Assembly (NCBI GenBank): GCA_903852815.1
Contig: CAINRW010000104.1
Location: 5,988 to 69,987 of the forward strand
From: an uncultured Actinomycetes bacterium
GTDB lineage: Bacteria > Actinomycetota > Actinomycetes > Nanopelagicales > Nanopelagicaceae
Length of the DNA stretch: 64,000 bases
Direction: 5' to 3'
The notes beneath the pieces were generated by a model. It did not search any database. It was not told the origin of the DNA and worked only from the letters and a program-made list of their open reading frames with translations. This document shows, piece after piece, positions 10,228 through 18,757 of this stretch. Every line of letters begins with the position of its first letter. Position 1 is the stretch's first letter. The translations under genes and the position numbers were made by a program.

Positions 10228-10800
10228 ATGAACTCCTCGTTAATTTCAGTTCCAAATGCACTTACTTTTTTACGCTTTCTTGGAATTCCGCTATTTATAT
10301 ATCTCACACTTTCAGTACATGCCGATGGTTGGGCAATCGTGGTTCTAGCAATTGGTGGGGCTACAGATTACTTTGATGGGAAGTTAGCCAGAGCGTGGAA
10401 TCAAACATCTAGGTTTGGCGAATTGGCTGATCCAGCAATAGATCGCTTATATATTTTTGCAACACTGATAGTTTTCCTTGTTCGAGATATTTTGCCTTGG
10501 TGGGTAATCGCGCTACTTATCGGGCGCGATATTACTTTGGCAGTAATAACCGCCCTCATGAAGTTAAAAGGTCATGGCCCATTTACCGTGACGTATCTTG
10601 GTAAAGCTGCAACATTTAATCTCTTGTATGCATTCCCCTTTCTTTTACTTGCACAGGGGGATGGCATCGTGAGTTCAATTGCTTATGTTCTGGGTTGGAG
10701 TTTTGCTATCTGGGGGATTGCCCTCTACATTGCAACAGGTATAAATTATGCACGCGAAGGTGTTTCGCAGATAAGAGGTCCACGTGTCATCAATTCCTGA
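10228..10800 (+). CDS. CDP-alcohol phosphatidyltransferase family protein
   Basis: PNALTFLR; signature DYFDGKLAR...G..ADP.ID. Confidence 0.9.
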   Translation: MNSSLISVPNALTFLRFLGIPLFIYLTLSVHADGWAIVVLAIGGATDYFDGKLARAWNQTSRFGELADPAIDRLYIFATLIVFLVRDILPWWVIALLIGRDITLAVITALMKLKGHGPFTVTYLGKAATFNLLYAFPFLLLAQGDGIVSSIAYVLGWSFAIWGIALYIATGINYAREGVSQIRGPRVINS

Positions 10801-11158
10801 GAATTTGAAATATACAAAAGAGCATGAATGGGTAAGTGCATCTGGAAATATCTACACAATGGGTATTACAGATTTCGCACAAGGAGCTTTGGGTGACATC
10901 GTTTATGTACAGCTTCCTAAAGTTGGAGAGACGCTAACTGCTGGAAAAGTTTGTGGCGAAGTTGAATCGACGAAATCGGTTTCCGAGATTTTTGCCGCAG
11001 TCAGTGGAGTTGTGACCGAAATTAACTCGACACTCTCACAGACGCCAGAACTGCTCAATAGTGAACCGTATGGCGCGGGTTGGCTGGTAAAAGTTGAAGT
11101 AGCCGCAGAGCCTGATGATCTTCTTGACGCGGCCGGTTACGCTCAAATCACGGCTTGA
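10784..11158 (+). CDS. gcvH: Glycine cleavage system H protein
   Basis: YTKEHEW, GITDFAQ, lipoyl-lysine motif VESTKSVSE, NSEPYGAGW. Confidence 0.96.
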   Translation: MSSIPENLKYTKEHEWVSASGNIYTMGITDFAQGALGDIVYVQLPKVGETLTAGKVCGEVESTKSVSEIFAAVSGVVTEINSTLSQTPELLNSEPYGAGWLVKVEVAAEPDDLLDAAGYAQITA

Positions 11159-11182
11159 CCAGAGCGCAATAGCCCTTTAGTG

Positions 11183-11203
11183 TCAGCCTCAAGTTGACGG
11201 TGA
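11183..11203. promoter_or_regulatory. Imperfect palindrome upstream of the FHA-MerR operon (candidate MerR/FtsR-type operator)
   Basis: TCAGCCTCAAGTTGACGGTGA, 8 of 10 symmetric pairs, 13 bp before the start codon. Confidence 0.45.
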
Positions 11204-11216
11204 AGGAGGAGAGTTC

Positions 11217-11666
11217 GTGAACGCAGAGCCAACGCAGAGCGAAATTACCACCACCATTCATCTGAATTCTCGCAAAGAGGGCGATTCCCCGGCTGGTTTA
11301 CTCGAAGAGTTTCTAGCAACGCTTTCTAGCGAAGAACGAAAAATCATCGAAGAAATATCCCAGTCCAGTGACAAGGCGATGGTCGTTATTAATCGAGGCT
11401 CTAATTTAGGTTCTCGATTCTTAATAACTACCGAAGGCGCATCAATTGGCCGCGCAACATCGAGTGCAATCTTTTTAGATGATGTAACGGTGTCAAGAAA
11501 ACATGGCGAAATTGTTGCTCAAGATAATCGCTTCGTTTTTAAGGATTTAGGATCTTTGAATGGCACATATATAAATAACGTTTCAGTCTCTGAACAAGAG
11601 CTGCGCACAGGAGATCAGATTCAGATTGGTAAATTTCATTTACTTTTCGTTTCTGGTGGAAAATAA
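11217..11666 (+). CDS. FHA domain protein, GarA/OdhI-like
   Basis: IGR..SSAIFLDDVTVSRKH, DLGSLNGTYIN, QIGKF; conserved position after gcvH. Confidence 0.88.
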   Translation: MNAEPTQSEITTTIHLNSRKEGDSPAGLLEEFLATLSSEERKIIEEISQSSDKAMVVINRGSNLGSRFLITTEGASIGRATSSAIFLDDVTVSRKHGEIVAQDNRFVFKDLGSLNGTYINNVSVSEQELRTGDQIQIGKFHLLFVSGGK

Positions 11667-11681
11667 CAGGGGAGTACAACG

Positions 11682-12407
11682 ATGGCAGTACCAGCACGCG
11701 CGTATCTAAGTATTGGGGAAGTCCTCAATCGACTGCGCCCTGATTTCTCTGACATTACGATTTCTAAGATTCGTTTCTTGGAGGCCGAAGGTTTAATTGA
11801 ACCTCAGCGAACACCTTCTGGTTATCGTAAGTTCACAACGTCAGATTTAGATCGCCTGCGTTACGTATTAACCGCCCAACGAGATCAGTATCTGCCTCTG
11901 AAAGTAATCAAAGATAATTTAGATGCGATTGATAGAGGTTTAACTCCAGCTTCAGCCGGCGTAGCTTCAGCACCCCGACCAAACATTGGCCTTGCCACAA
12001 TCGATGGCGAAATGGCGCCAAGTGTCTTCGGTGAAGTTTCAGAGATGCGACTTTCACGCGATGAACTCTTAAAGCATTCTGGATTAAAAGATGAGCAGTT
12101 AGTTGAATTAGAAAGTTATGGACTAATTTCATTACGTGGAAGACATTACGATGGCGATGCTTTAGCGATTGCAAAGGCAGTGACGGAAATGGCAGCTTTT
12201 GGAATTGAAGCACGCCATCTTCGATCTTTTAAATCCGCTGCAGATCGCGAAATTGGTCTTATCGAACAGGTGATTACGCCACTGACTCGCCAAAAGAGTT
12301 CTGAATCAAAGGCTCGCGCCGAGGAAGTTCAAAAAGAGATTGCTTCACTTTCAATTCGATTGCATGCAGCCCTTGTGCGCGGTGGGCTCCATCGCCTGCG
12401 TTCGTAA
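11682..12407 (+). CDS. MerR-family transcriptional regulator (FtsR-like)
   Basis: SIGEVL, TISKIRFLEAEGL, RTPSGYRKF, YLPLKVI; syntenic with odhI-ftsR in actinobacteria. Confidence 0.85.
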   Translation: MAVPARAYLSIGEVLNRLRPDFSDITISKIRFLEAEGLIEPQRTPSGYRKFTTSDLDRLRYVLTAQRDQYLPLKVIKDNLDAIDRGLTPASAGVASAPRPNIGLATIDGEMAPSVFGEVSEMRLSRDELLKHSGLKDEQLVELESYGLISLRGRHYDGDALAIAKAVTEMAAFGIEARHLRSFKSAADREIGLIEQVITPLTRQKSSESKARAEEVQKEIASLSIRLHAALVRGGLHRLRS

Positions 12408-12410
12408 TCA

Positions 12411-12905
12411 ATGTTAATTTCCATGGAGGTAATTGGCGTTCGCGTTGAAATGCCATCGAATCAGCCGATCGTTCTTCTTAAAGAAGTAGATGGCAATAGA
12501 TTCCTACCAATTTGGGTGGGTGCCGTTGAAGCCACGGCCATCGCATTTGCCCAACAGGGCGTCAGCGCACCTAGACCTTTGACCCACGACTTGACCCAGA
12601 TAATTATCGAAGAGCTCGATGCGATCATGACGGCGGTCCATGTGACCCATATCGAGGATGGCGTTTTCTATGCAAGTATCCTTTTGCGCGATCTGCAGGA
12701 GCAGACGCATACTGTCTCAGCCCGCCCATCAGATGCCATCGCCCTAGCATTGCGCGCATCTGCCAATATTTTGGCCTCCTCAGAGCTTTTAGATGAGATA
12801 GGCATAGAAATCCCATCGGAGTCTGAACCAGGCGATGACAATAACGAGGTAGAGCGTTTTAGAGAGTTTCTCGACCAGATTAACCCCGAAGATTTTGCTG
12901 GATAA
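12411..12905 (+). CDS. Bifunctional nuclease family protein (DUF151)
   Basis: PIVLLKE, LPIWVG..EA, RPLTHDL, ARPSDAIALA. Confidence 0.9.
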   Translation: MLISMEVIGVRVEMPSNQPIVLLKEVDGNRFLPIWVGAVEATAIAFAQQGVSAPRPLTHDLTQIIIEELDAIMTAVHVTHIEDGVFYASILLRDLQEQTHTVSARPSDAIALALRASANILASSELLDEIGIEIPSESEPGDDNNEVERFREFLDQINPEDFAG

Positions 12906-12918
12906 GGCCTTAAACTCT

Positions 12919-12937
12919 AAATCTCAACTATAGGTTT
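12919..12937. promoter_or_regulatory. Imperfect palindrome upstream of the second MerR gene
   Basis: AAATCTCAACTATAGGTTT; shares a CTCAA(G/C)T core and spacing with the 11183 site. Confidence 0.4.
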
Positions 12938-13013
12938 GCACCGTGTCGGTCGTTGAAAGCGCGGGCATGGTGACCTAGATTTACCTCACTCCCCAAGAGA
13001 AACGAGTTCCCCC

Positions 13014-13514
13014 GTGACTTCCCAGGATTTTGAGATCGGCTACCGCGGCGCCACTGCATGTTCGGCTGCCGGAATTACCTATCGCCAATTAGATTATTGG
13101 GCACGCACGGCATTAGTTGAACCCAGCATTAGAACAGCAAGTGGATCTGGAACTCAGCGTCTTTATGGTTTTCGCGACATCCTTGTTTTAAAAATTGTTA
13201 AGCGTTTATTGGATGCGGGAGTTTCACTACAAAACATTCGCACCGCAGTTGATCATTTGCGCAGCCGCGGAGTTACCGAACTTGAACGCATGACCTTGAT
13301 GAGTGATGGTGCCTCAATTTATGAATGCGCTAGTCCTGATGAAATTATTGACTTACTAGCTGGCGGTCAAGGGGTATTCGGAATTGCCGTCGGAAAAGTT
13401 TGGCATGAAGTAGAAGGCTCGCTCTCACTTCTTCAAGGTGAAGTGAACTCCAACACTTCGAGTGTTGAATATAACGATGAACTTTCTCTTCGTCGTAAGA
13501 GCAAAGGCGCTTAA
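13014..13514 (+). CDS. MerR-family transcriptional regulator
   Basis: GITYRQLDYWART, GSGTQRLY, LLDAGVSLQNIR, GQGVFGIA. Confidence 0.9.
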   Translation: MTSQDFEIGYRGATACSAAGITYRQLDYWARTALVEPSIRTASGSGTQRLYGFRDILVLKIVKRLLDAGVSLQNIRTAVDHLRSRGVTELERMTLMSDGASIYECASPDEIIDLLAGGQGVFGIAVGKVWHEVEGSLSLLQGEVNSNTSSVEYNDELSLRRKSKGA

Positions 13515-13580
13515 AACCCCATATTCTTGACTCATACGAGACACCGCAGTTTCGTTTCATATGGGTGGGAGATTTTAGTC

Positions 13581-16430
13581 ATGACTAATTTCGATGCGTT
13601 TTCACGTCGTCACATAGGTCCAACAACTACTGATGAAGCGGCGATGCTCAAGCATCTTGGATACCCCAACCTAGATTCATTTATCAAAGATGTAGTTCCA
13701 TCCAACATTGCAATAACTGGGGCTCTCGAATCCTCACTTGATAGCGGAAAAAGTGAAGTCGATGTGATTGCCGAACTGCGTTTGATTGCATCAGAAAATA
13801 AAGTTCTTCGATCATTAATTGGAACTGGTTATTACGGAACTATTGTTCCTCCAGTTATCAAACGAAATGTTCTAGAGAATCCGGCGTGGTACACCGCTTA
13901 CACACCATACCAACCTGAAATATCTCAGGGCCGATTAGAAGCCTTGTTCGCTTTCCAAACAATGATTTGCGAATTAACGGCACTCGACATTTCCAATGCT
14001 TCGATGCTTGATGAGGGAACGGCTGCAGCAGAAGCGATGACTCTTGCGAGACGAGTTTCAAAGTTATCAGATGAGGCCGTTTTCTTAATTGAAGAACATG
14101 TGCATCCTCAAACAAAGGCTGTCGTGCATACGCGGGCAAAACCTTTAGGAATAACGATTGTTGAAATTGACTCAGGGCACGTAGCTCGCGATGGATATGA
14201 CGGCGAATTTTTTGGCGCATTACTTCAATACCCAGATACAACGGGCACAGTTATCGATTATTCAACCTTTACAGATTATGCGCATTCTCGAGATGCACTT
14301 GTTATTGCAGCAACTGATTTGCTGGCACTGACGTTACTAAAAGCACCAGGGGAGTGGGGCGCCGATATCGCAGTTGGAACTTCGCAACGCTTTGGCGTGC
14401 CAATGGGATTTGGTGGTCCACATGCTGGTTTCTTAGCGGTTCGAAATGGCCTTGAAAGATCTATGCCTGGCCGCCTTGTTGGGCAAAGTATTGATTCTCA
14501 CGGAAAACCTGCTTTTCGTTTAGCTCTGCAAACTCGTGAACAACATATTCGCCGCGACAAGGCAACATCTAACATTTGTACTGCGCAAGTTCTACTTGCG
14601 AATATGAGTGCTTTCTATGCGATGTGGCATGGCCCTGAGGGACTTCGTAATATCGCCGAGCGAGTTAATGGTTTTGCATCCAGACTCCATGCCGCAGCAA
14701 ATAATCGAGAAGATGTTGTTTTCGATACGGTTCATATTGTCGTTGCAGATGCACAAGCGATACATCAAAGGGCCGTTGCTGAGGGAATAAATTTTGCAAA
14801 AGTTAGCGATACAGAACTACGTGTCTCATTTGATGAAGAAACGACTGAAGAATTATTTGCACAAGTACTTGCAATCTTGGGCTTAACCGATGTTGCGGGG
14901 GAGCAGATTCCAGCTAAGTTCTTGCGTATAAGCAAATATCTCACTCATCCAGTCTTTAACACTAACCACAGTGAAACCGGCATGATGCGTTATTTACGCA
15001 ATTTAGCCGACAAGGATTTAGCGTTAGACAGAACGATGATTCCATTGGGTTCCTGCACCATGAAACTAAACGCTGTAACTGAAATGGAAGCAGTAACTTG
15101 GCCCGAGTTTTCATCTCTGCACCCCTTTGCTCCATCAGATCAAAGCGCCGGCTCACGAAAGTTGATTAAACAGCTCTCGGATTGGTTAGTTGCAATTACT
15201 GGTTACGATGCAGTTTCTCTGCAACCTAACGCAGGTAGTCAAGGGGAGTTCGCTGGATTACTTGCTATTAGAAACTTTCACGACTCGCGTGGCGATAACA
15301 ATCGAAACATTTGTCTGATTCCATCTAGTGCCCATGGAACTAATGCAGCATCTGCAGTTATGGCAGGCATGAAAGTTGTTGTAGTTGATTGTGATGTCAA
15401 TGGAAATGTTTCAGTGGAAGATTTGAAAGCGAAAATTTCAGAACATTCCCAAACTCTTGCCGCACTTATGATCACATATCCATCAACACATGGTGTATTT
15501 GAAACCGCCGTGTCAGAGATTTGTGCCTTAGTGCATGATGCAGGTGGCCAGGTTTATGTCGATGGAGCAAACTTGAATGCTCTTGTCGGTGTAGCTCAAC
15601 CAGGAAAATTTGGCGCAGATGTATCGCACTTGAATCTACATAAAACTTTTGCTATTCCACACGGTGGTGGTGGTCCTGGAGTTGGTCCAGTGATTTGTCG
15701 CGCCCACCTTGCCCCATTTCTTCCAAATCACCCATTGGACGCACAGGCAGGTCCGGTAACGGGTCCAGGGCCAATTGCAGCTGCGCCATTTGGATCGGCA
15801 AGTATCTTGCCAATTTCTTGGGCATACATTCGTTTGTTGGGGGGAGAAGGCTTAACTCGCTCGACGCAGATAGCGATTTTATCGGCGAACTACATAGCTT
15901 CCCGACTCAATGAGTCCTATCCCGTTCTCTACACTGGCTTGAATGGGCGCGTGGCACACGAGTGCATCCTTGATATTCGAGAGATCACAAAGATTTCAGG
16001 TGTCACCGTTGATGACATTGCTAAGCGCTTGATGGATTACGGATTCCATGCACCAACAATGTCATTCCCTGTTGCGGGTACATTAATGATTGAGCCAACC
16101 GAGTCTGAAGATATTAACGAGATTCATCGCTTTATTGATGCGATGATTTCGATTCGCGCAGAGATTCAAGAGATTATCGACGGCGGTGTAAGCGTTGAAG
16201 GTTCAGCTTTGCGACATGCGCCTCATACGGCCTTTTCTATGATGTCCAGCGAATGGAATCGTGAATACAGCCGCGAAAAGGGTGGATTCCCAGTTGCACT
16301 TAACGGCTTTATCGAAGGTGAATCAATTGGTTCGCGAATGAAATATTGGCCACCGGTTTCACGTATTGATGGCGCCCACGGTGATCGCAATTTGGTCTGT
16401 GCATGCACACCGATTGAGGATTACCGCTAG
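13581..16430 (+). CDS. gcvP: Glycine dehydrogenase (decarboxylating), P protein
   Basis: [41 protein letters not shown] motif [16 protein letters not shown]; start at ATG 13581 after GGGAG. Confidence 0.97.
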   Translation: MTNFDAFSRRHIGPTTTDEAAMLKHLGYPNLDSFIKDVVPSNIAITGALESSLDSGKSEVDVIAELRLIASENKVLRSLIGTGYYGTIVPPVIKRNVLENPAWYTAYTPYQPEISQGRLEALFAFQTMICELTALDISNASMLDEGTAAAEAMTLARRVSKLSDEAVFLIEEHVHPQTKAVVHTRAKPLGITIVEIDSGHVARDGYDGEFFGALLQYPDTTGTVIDYSTFTDYAHSRDALVIAATDLLALTLLKAPGEWGADIAVGTSQRFGVPMGFGGPHAGFLAVRNGLERSMPGRLVGQSIDSHGKPAFRLALQTREQHIRRDKATSNICTAQVLLANMSAFYAMWHGPEGLRNIAERVNGFASRLHAAANNREDVVFDTVHIVVADAQAIHQRAVAEGINFAKVSDTELRVSFDEETTEELFAQVLAILGLTDVAGEQIPAKFLRISKYLTHPVFNTNHSETGMMRYLRNLADKDLALDRTMIPLGSCTMKLNAVTEMEAVTWPEFSSLHPFAPSDQSAGSRKLIKQLSDWLVAITGYDAVSLQPNAGSQGEFAGLLAIRNFHDSRGDNNRNICLIPSSAHGTNAASAVMAGMKVVVVDCDVNGNVSVEDLKAKISEHSQTLAALMITYPSTHGVFETAVSEICALVHDAGGQVYVDGANLNALVGVAQPGKFGADVSHLNLHKTFAIPHGGGGPGVGPVICRAHLAPFLPNHPLDAQAGPVTGPGPIAAAPFGSASILPISWAYIRLLGGEGLTRSTQIAILSANYIASRLNESYPVLYTGLNGRVAHECILDIREITKISGVTVDDIAKRLMDYGFHAPTMSFPVAGTLMIEPTESEDINEIHRFIDAMISIRAEIQEIIDGGVSVEGSALRHAPHTAFSMMSSEWNREYSREKGGFPVALNGFIEGESIGSRMKYWPPVSRIDGAHGDRNLVCACTPIEDYR

Positions 16431-16445
16431 GAGAGCAGTGAAATC

Positions 16446-16467
16446 AGGCAATGTTCTATTGCCTTTT
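16446..16467 (+). terminator. Intrinsic terminator after gcvP
   Basis: AGGCAAT-gttct-ATTGCCT hairpin followed by TTT. Confidence 0.6.
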
Positions 16468-16472
16468 GCGTT

Positions 16473-16500
16473 ACTTTACATAATGTAACTTATCGGCTAT
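16473..16500 (-). other. dif: dif site (XerCD chromosome dimer resolution site)
   Basis: Minus strand ATAGCCGATAA-GTTACA-TTATGTAAAGT has the 11-6-11 layout; XerD arm matches E. coli TTATGTTAAAT at 9/11; lies at the gene-orientation switch. Confidence 0.9.
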
Positions 16501-17861
16501 TTACCTAAACGGCGGGCAACGAGAACTAACCACACAAAAGTTAAAATCCAGGCCCAATCTCCAAGACGATCTCGCATAGATTGTTGGTTAATAAGTCCCA
16601 GATTTGCATAGAGATGATCAGCGGTACCCATCTGAGTTTTATCGATAATTTTTCCGGTGTAATCAATAACTGCTGAATAGCCAGTTGTTGATACTGATAC
16701 AACATTTCTGGAATGTTCAATCGCTCGAATCCGAGTTATCGACAATTGTTGTGAACTTTCTGCAGATTTTCCAAATGTCGCGCTATTGGTTTGGATCGCC
16801 AGAATATTTGAATGCTGCGCAGCCAGTGACACGATTCGGTCATCGAGTAGTTCAAAGCAGATCACTGGCGCTATTTTTGCCATTCCGATTGTGAAAATTT
16901 CCTGCTTATTTCCTGGGGAAAAATCACTGACCTCGTCAGTTAAAGGTGAGACTTTAGATGCAATTTGACGCAAAGGTATGTATTCACCAAATGGAGTTAA
17001 ATGTTGTTTTGAGTAGATAACTTGTCGATTTTTCTGCCAAAGGATTGATGTATTAAAGGTTTTTTTATCCTTTTCCACGATTGCACCGACTATCAGCGGT
17101 TGAGTAAATGAATCTAGAACTTGTTTAACCTCCGGATTGGTAAATGGATCTACGTCAACCGCATTTTCTGGCCAGAGAATAAAGTCAACTTTCTTCTGTT
17201 CTGCCAAAGCCTTATGCGTTTCTTTTACGTGATTGAAAAAAACTTGTGTAGCTCGGGCATTAAAATCTAAGCCATATTGTGGAACATTGCCTTGAACCAA
17301 TAACACTTTGGTGCTCGATTGATTTACAACATGTACTGGAACCAGTATCAAAAGAAGAGGAAACAGAATCCATATTCGAGATTGGCCTTTCGAGAATTGA
17401 AATATGAAGAGGCCAAGAAGGAGCACGATGGCCGATAAACCGACGGCTCCCCCAAAGCGAGCAATGATTGAATATGGAGCATCAGCTTGCGAATAAGCAA
17501 GACGTGCCCAACCAAAACCTCCAAACGGAAAGTGATTGCGGAGTTCTTCAAGAGCCAAAAAAATTAGCGGATATGCATGTATTCCCCATCGAGTTACAAA
17601 AACCAAAGGTAGATACATGACAGAAAGCCCACACCCTAAAATTAACCAAGGTGTTGAGCCAACATAAATACTTGTCCAGTGAAGCAAAACCAAGTTAAAG
17701 GTGATGGCAAAAATAAATATCGATAATAATTTGTGTTGAGCGCGACTAAGTGCATGCATGTGTATTGCAAGGGCTATTGGCGCCAGCCACCACCTATCAA
17801 AAGGTGCAAACGCTGCACTGAGAAGAAATCCGCTTAGTGCCGATAAAAAGTAATTTACCAA
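16497..17861 (-). CDS. lnt: Apolipoprotein N-acyltransferase
   Basis: Multi-TM N-terminus, FPFGGFGW, catalytic triad context WPEN / KQHLTPFGEYIP / ICFE. Confidence 0.93.
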   Translation of the reverse strand: MVNYFLSALSGFLLSAAFAPFDRWWLAPIALAIHMHALSRAQHKLLSIFIFAITFNLVLLHWTSIYVGSTPWLILGCGLSVMYLPLVFVTRWGIHAYPLIFLALEELRNHFPFGGFGWARLAYSQADAPYSIIARFGGAVGLSAIVLLLGLFIFQFSKGQSRIWILFPLLLILVPVHVVNQSSTKVLLVQGNVPQYGLDFNARATQVFFNHVKETHKALAEQKKVDFILWPENAVDVDPFTNPEVKQVLDSFTQPLIVGAIVEKDKKTFNTSILWQKNRQVIYSKQHLTPFGEYIPLRQIASKVSPLTDEVSDFSPGNKQEIFTIGMAKIAPVICFELLDDRIVSLAAQHSNILAIQTNSATFGKSAESSQQLSITRIRAIEHSRNVVSVSTTGYSAVIDYTGKIIDKTQMGTADHLYANLGLINQQSMRDRLGDWAWILTFVWLVLVARRLGK

Positions 17862-18757
17862 CCCAAAGCACTGATCAAACGATCAACGCTTGCACCAAGA
17901 CCGTAGCGTTCCTTAAATTGATAAATAGCCGATAAATCTGCTGGAGCTTTGGGGACTGCAAAATTTACAGTTGGCAAAGGAGCATTTCTTGCAACTTGCA
18001 CAACAGTTGGTGCAATCTTTAAATAATCTGCACCTGCAATTATTTTCTTCGCTAGAGCTGCAGGTAAGGCTTCATGACCAGCAATTGCAGCCTCCATTGC
18101 ATCATCTACATTGCTAAATAGATTCGCAATTACCGCAGCGCCTTTCTCGCCAATTCCTCGAACTCCCGGAAGACCATCAGAAGGATCACCACGAAACATT
18201 GCAAAAATCGCATATCTATCACCCGGAATGGAATATTTATTCTCCACATAAGCGCTATCAACTAAGTCGTGCGCTGAGATTCCTTTGGCTAAATAAACAA
18301 TTTTGATGTCACGTTTGTCATCGACCATTTGAAAAAGATCTCGGTCACCGGTAACTATTCGAATCGGTCCCTTTTCAACTTCTGCATACGTTGCCATGAC
18401 ATCATCGGCTTCATAATCATCAACTCCGACAACGGGAATGCCGAAGAGATCTAAAAGATCAAGCAGAATAGGAATTTGCGGAGTTAAAGTCTCTGGTTCT
18501 TCCTCCTCGTCCCCATCTTCAACCAAACGATTTGCTTTGTAATCAGGGAAAAGTTCCACTCGCCACGTAGGTCGCCAATCGCCATCTAAACAGGCAACGA
18601 TTCGGTTTGGTTTGTAAAGAGAAATCAAACGTGCGCTCATGTCGATGTAACCACGAATTGCATTGACCGGAGTTCCATCAGGTGCCAAGAGGGTATCTGG
18701 CATTCCATAATAAGCGCGGTACCACAACGAAGCGCTATCTAAGAGCATTAATGTCAT
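17855..18757 (-). CDS. 5'-3' exonuclease / flap endonuclease (PolI N-terminal-like)
   Basis: LLDSASLWYRAYY, YKANR, YEADDV, TGDRDLFQ, GDPSDGLPGVRGIGEK. Confidence 0.92.
   Translation of the reverse strand: MTLMLLDSASLWYRAYYGMPDTLLAPDGTPVNAIRGYIDMSARLISLYKPNRIVACLDGDWRPTWRVELFPDYKANRLVEDGDEEEEPETLTPQIPILLDLLDLFGIPVVGVDDYEADDVMATYAEVEKGPIRIVTGDRDLFQMVDDKRDIKIVYLAKGISAHDLVDSAYVENKYSIPGDRYAIFAMFRGDPSDGLPGVRGIGEKGAAVIANLFSNVDDAMEAAIAGHEALPAALAKKIIAGADYLKIAPTVVQVARNAPLPTVNFAVPKAPADLSAIYQFKERYGLGASVDRLISALGW

Noticed and set aside
12944-12962. TGTCGG as a PafBC-dependent promoter (also at 5838)
   Set aside because: The required TA-N3-T does not follow at the 10-nt spacing in either case.
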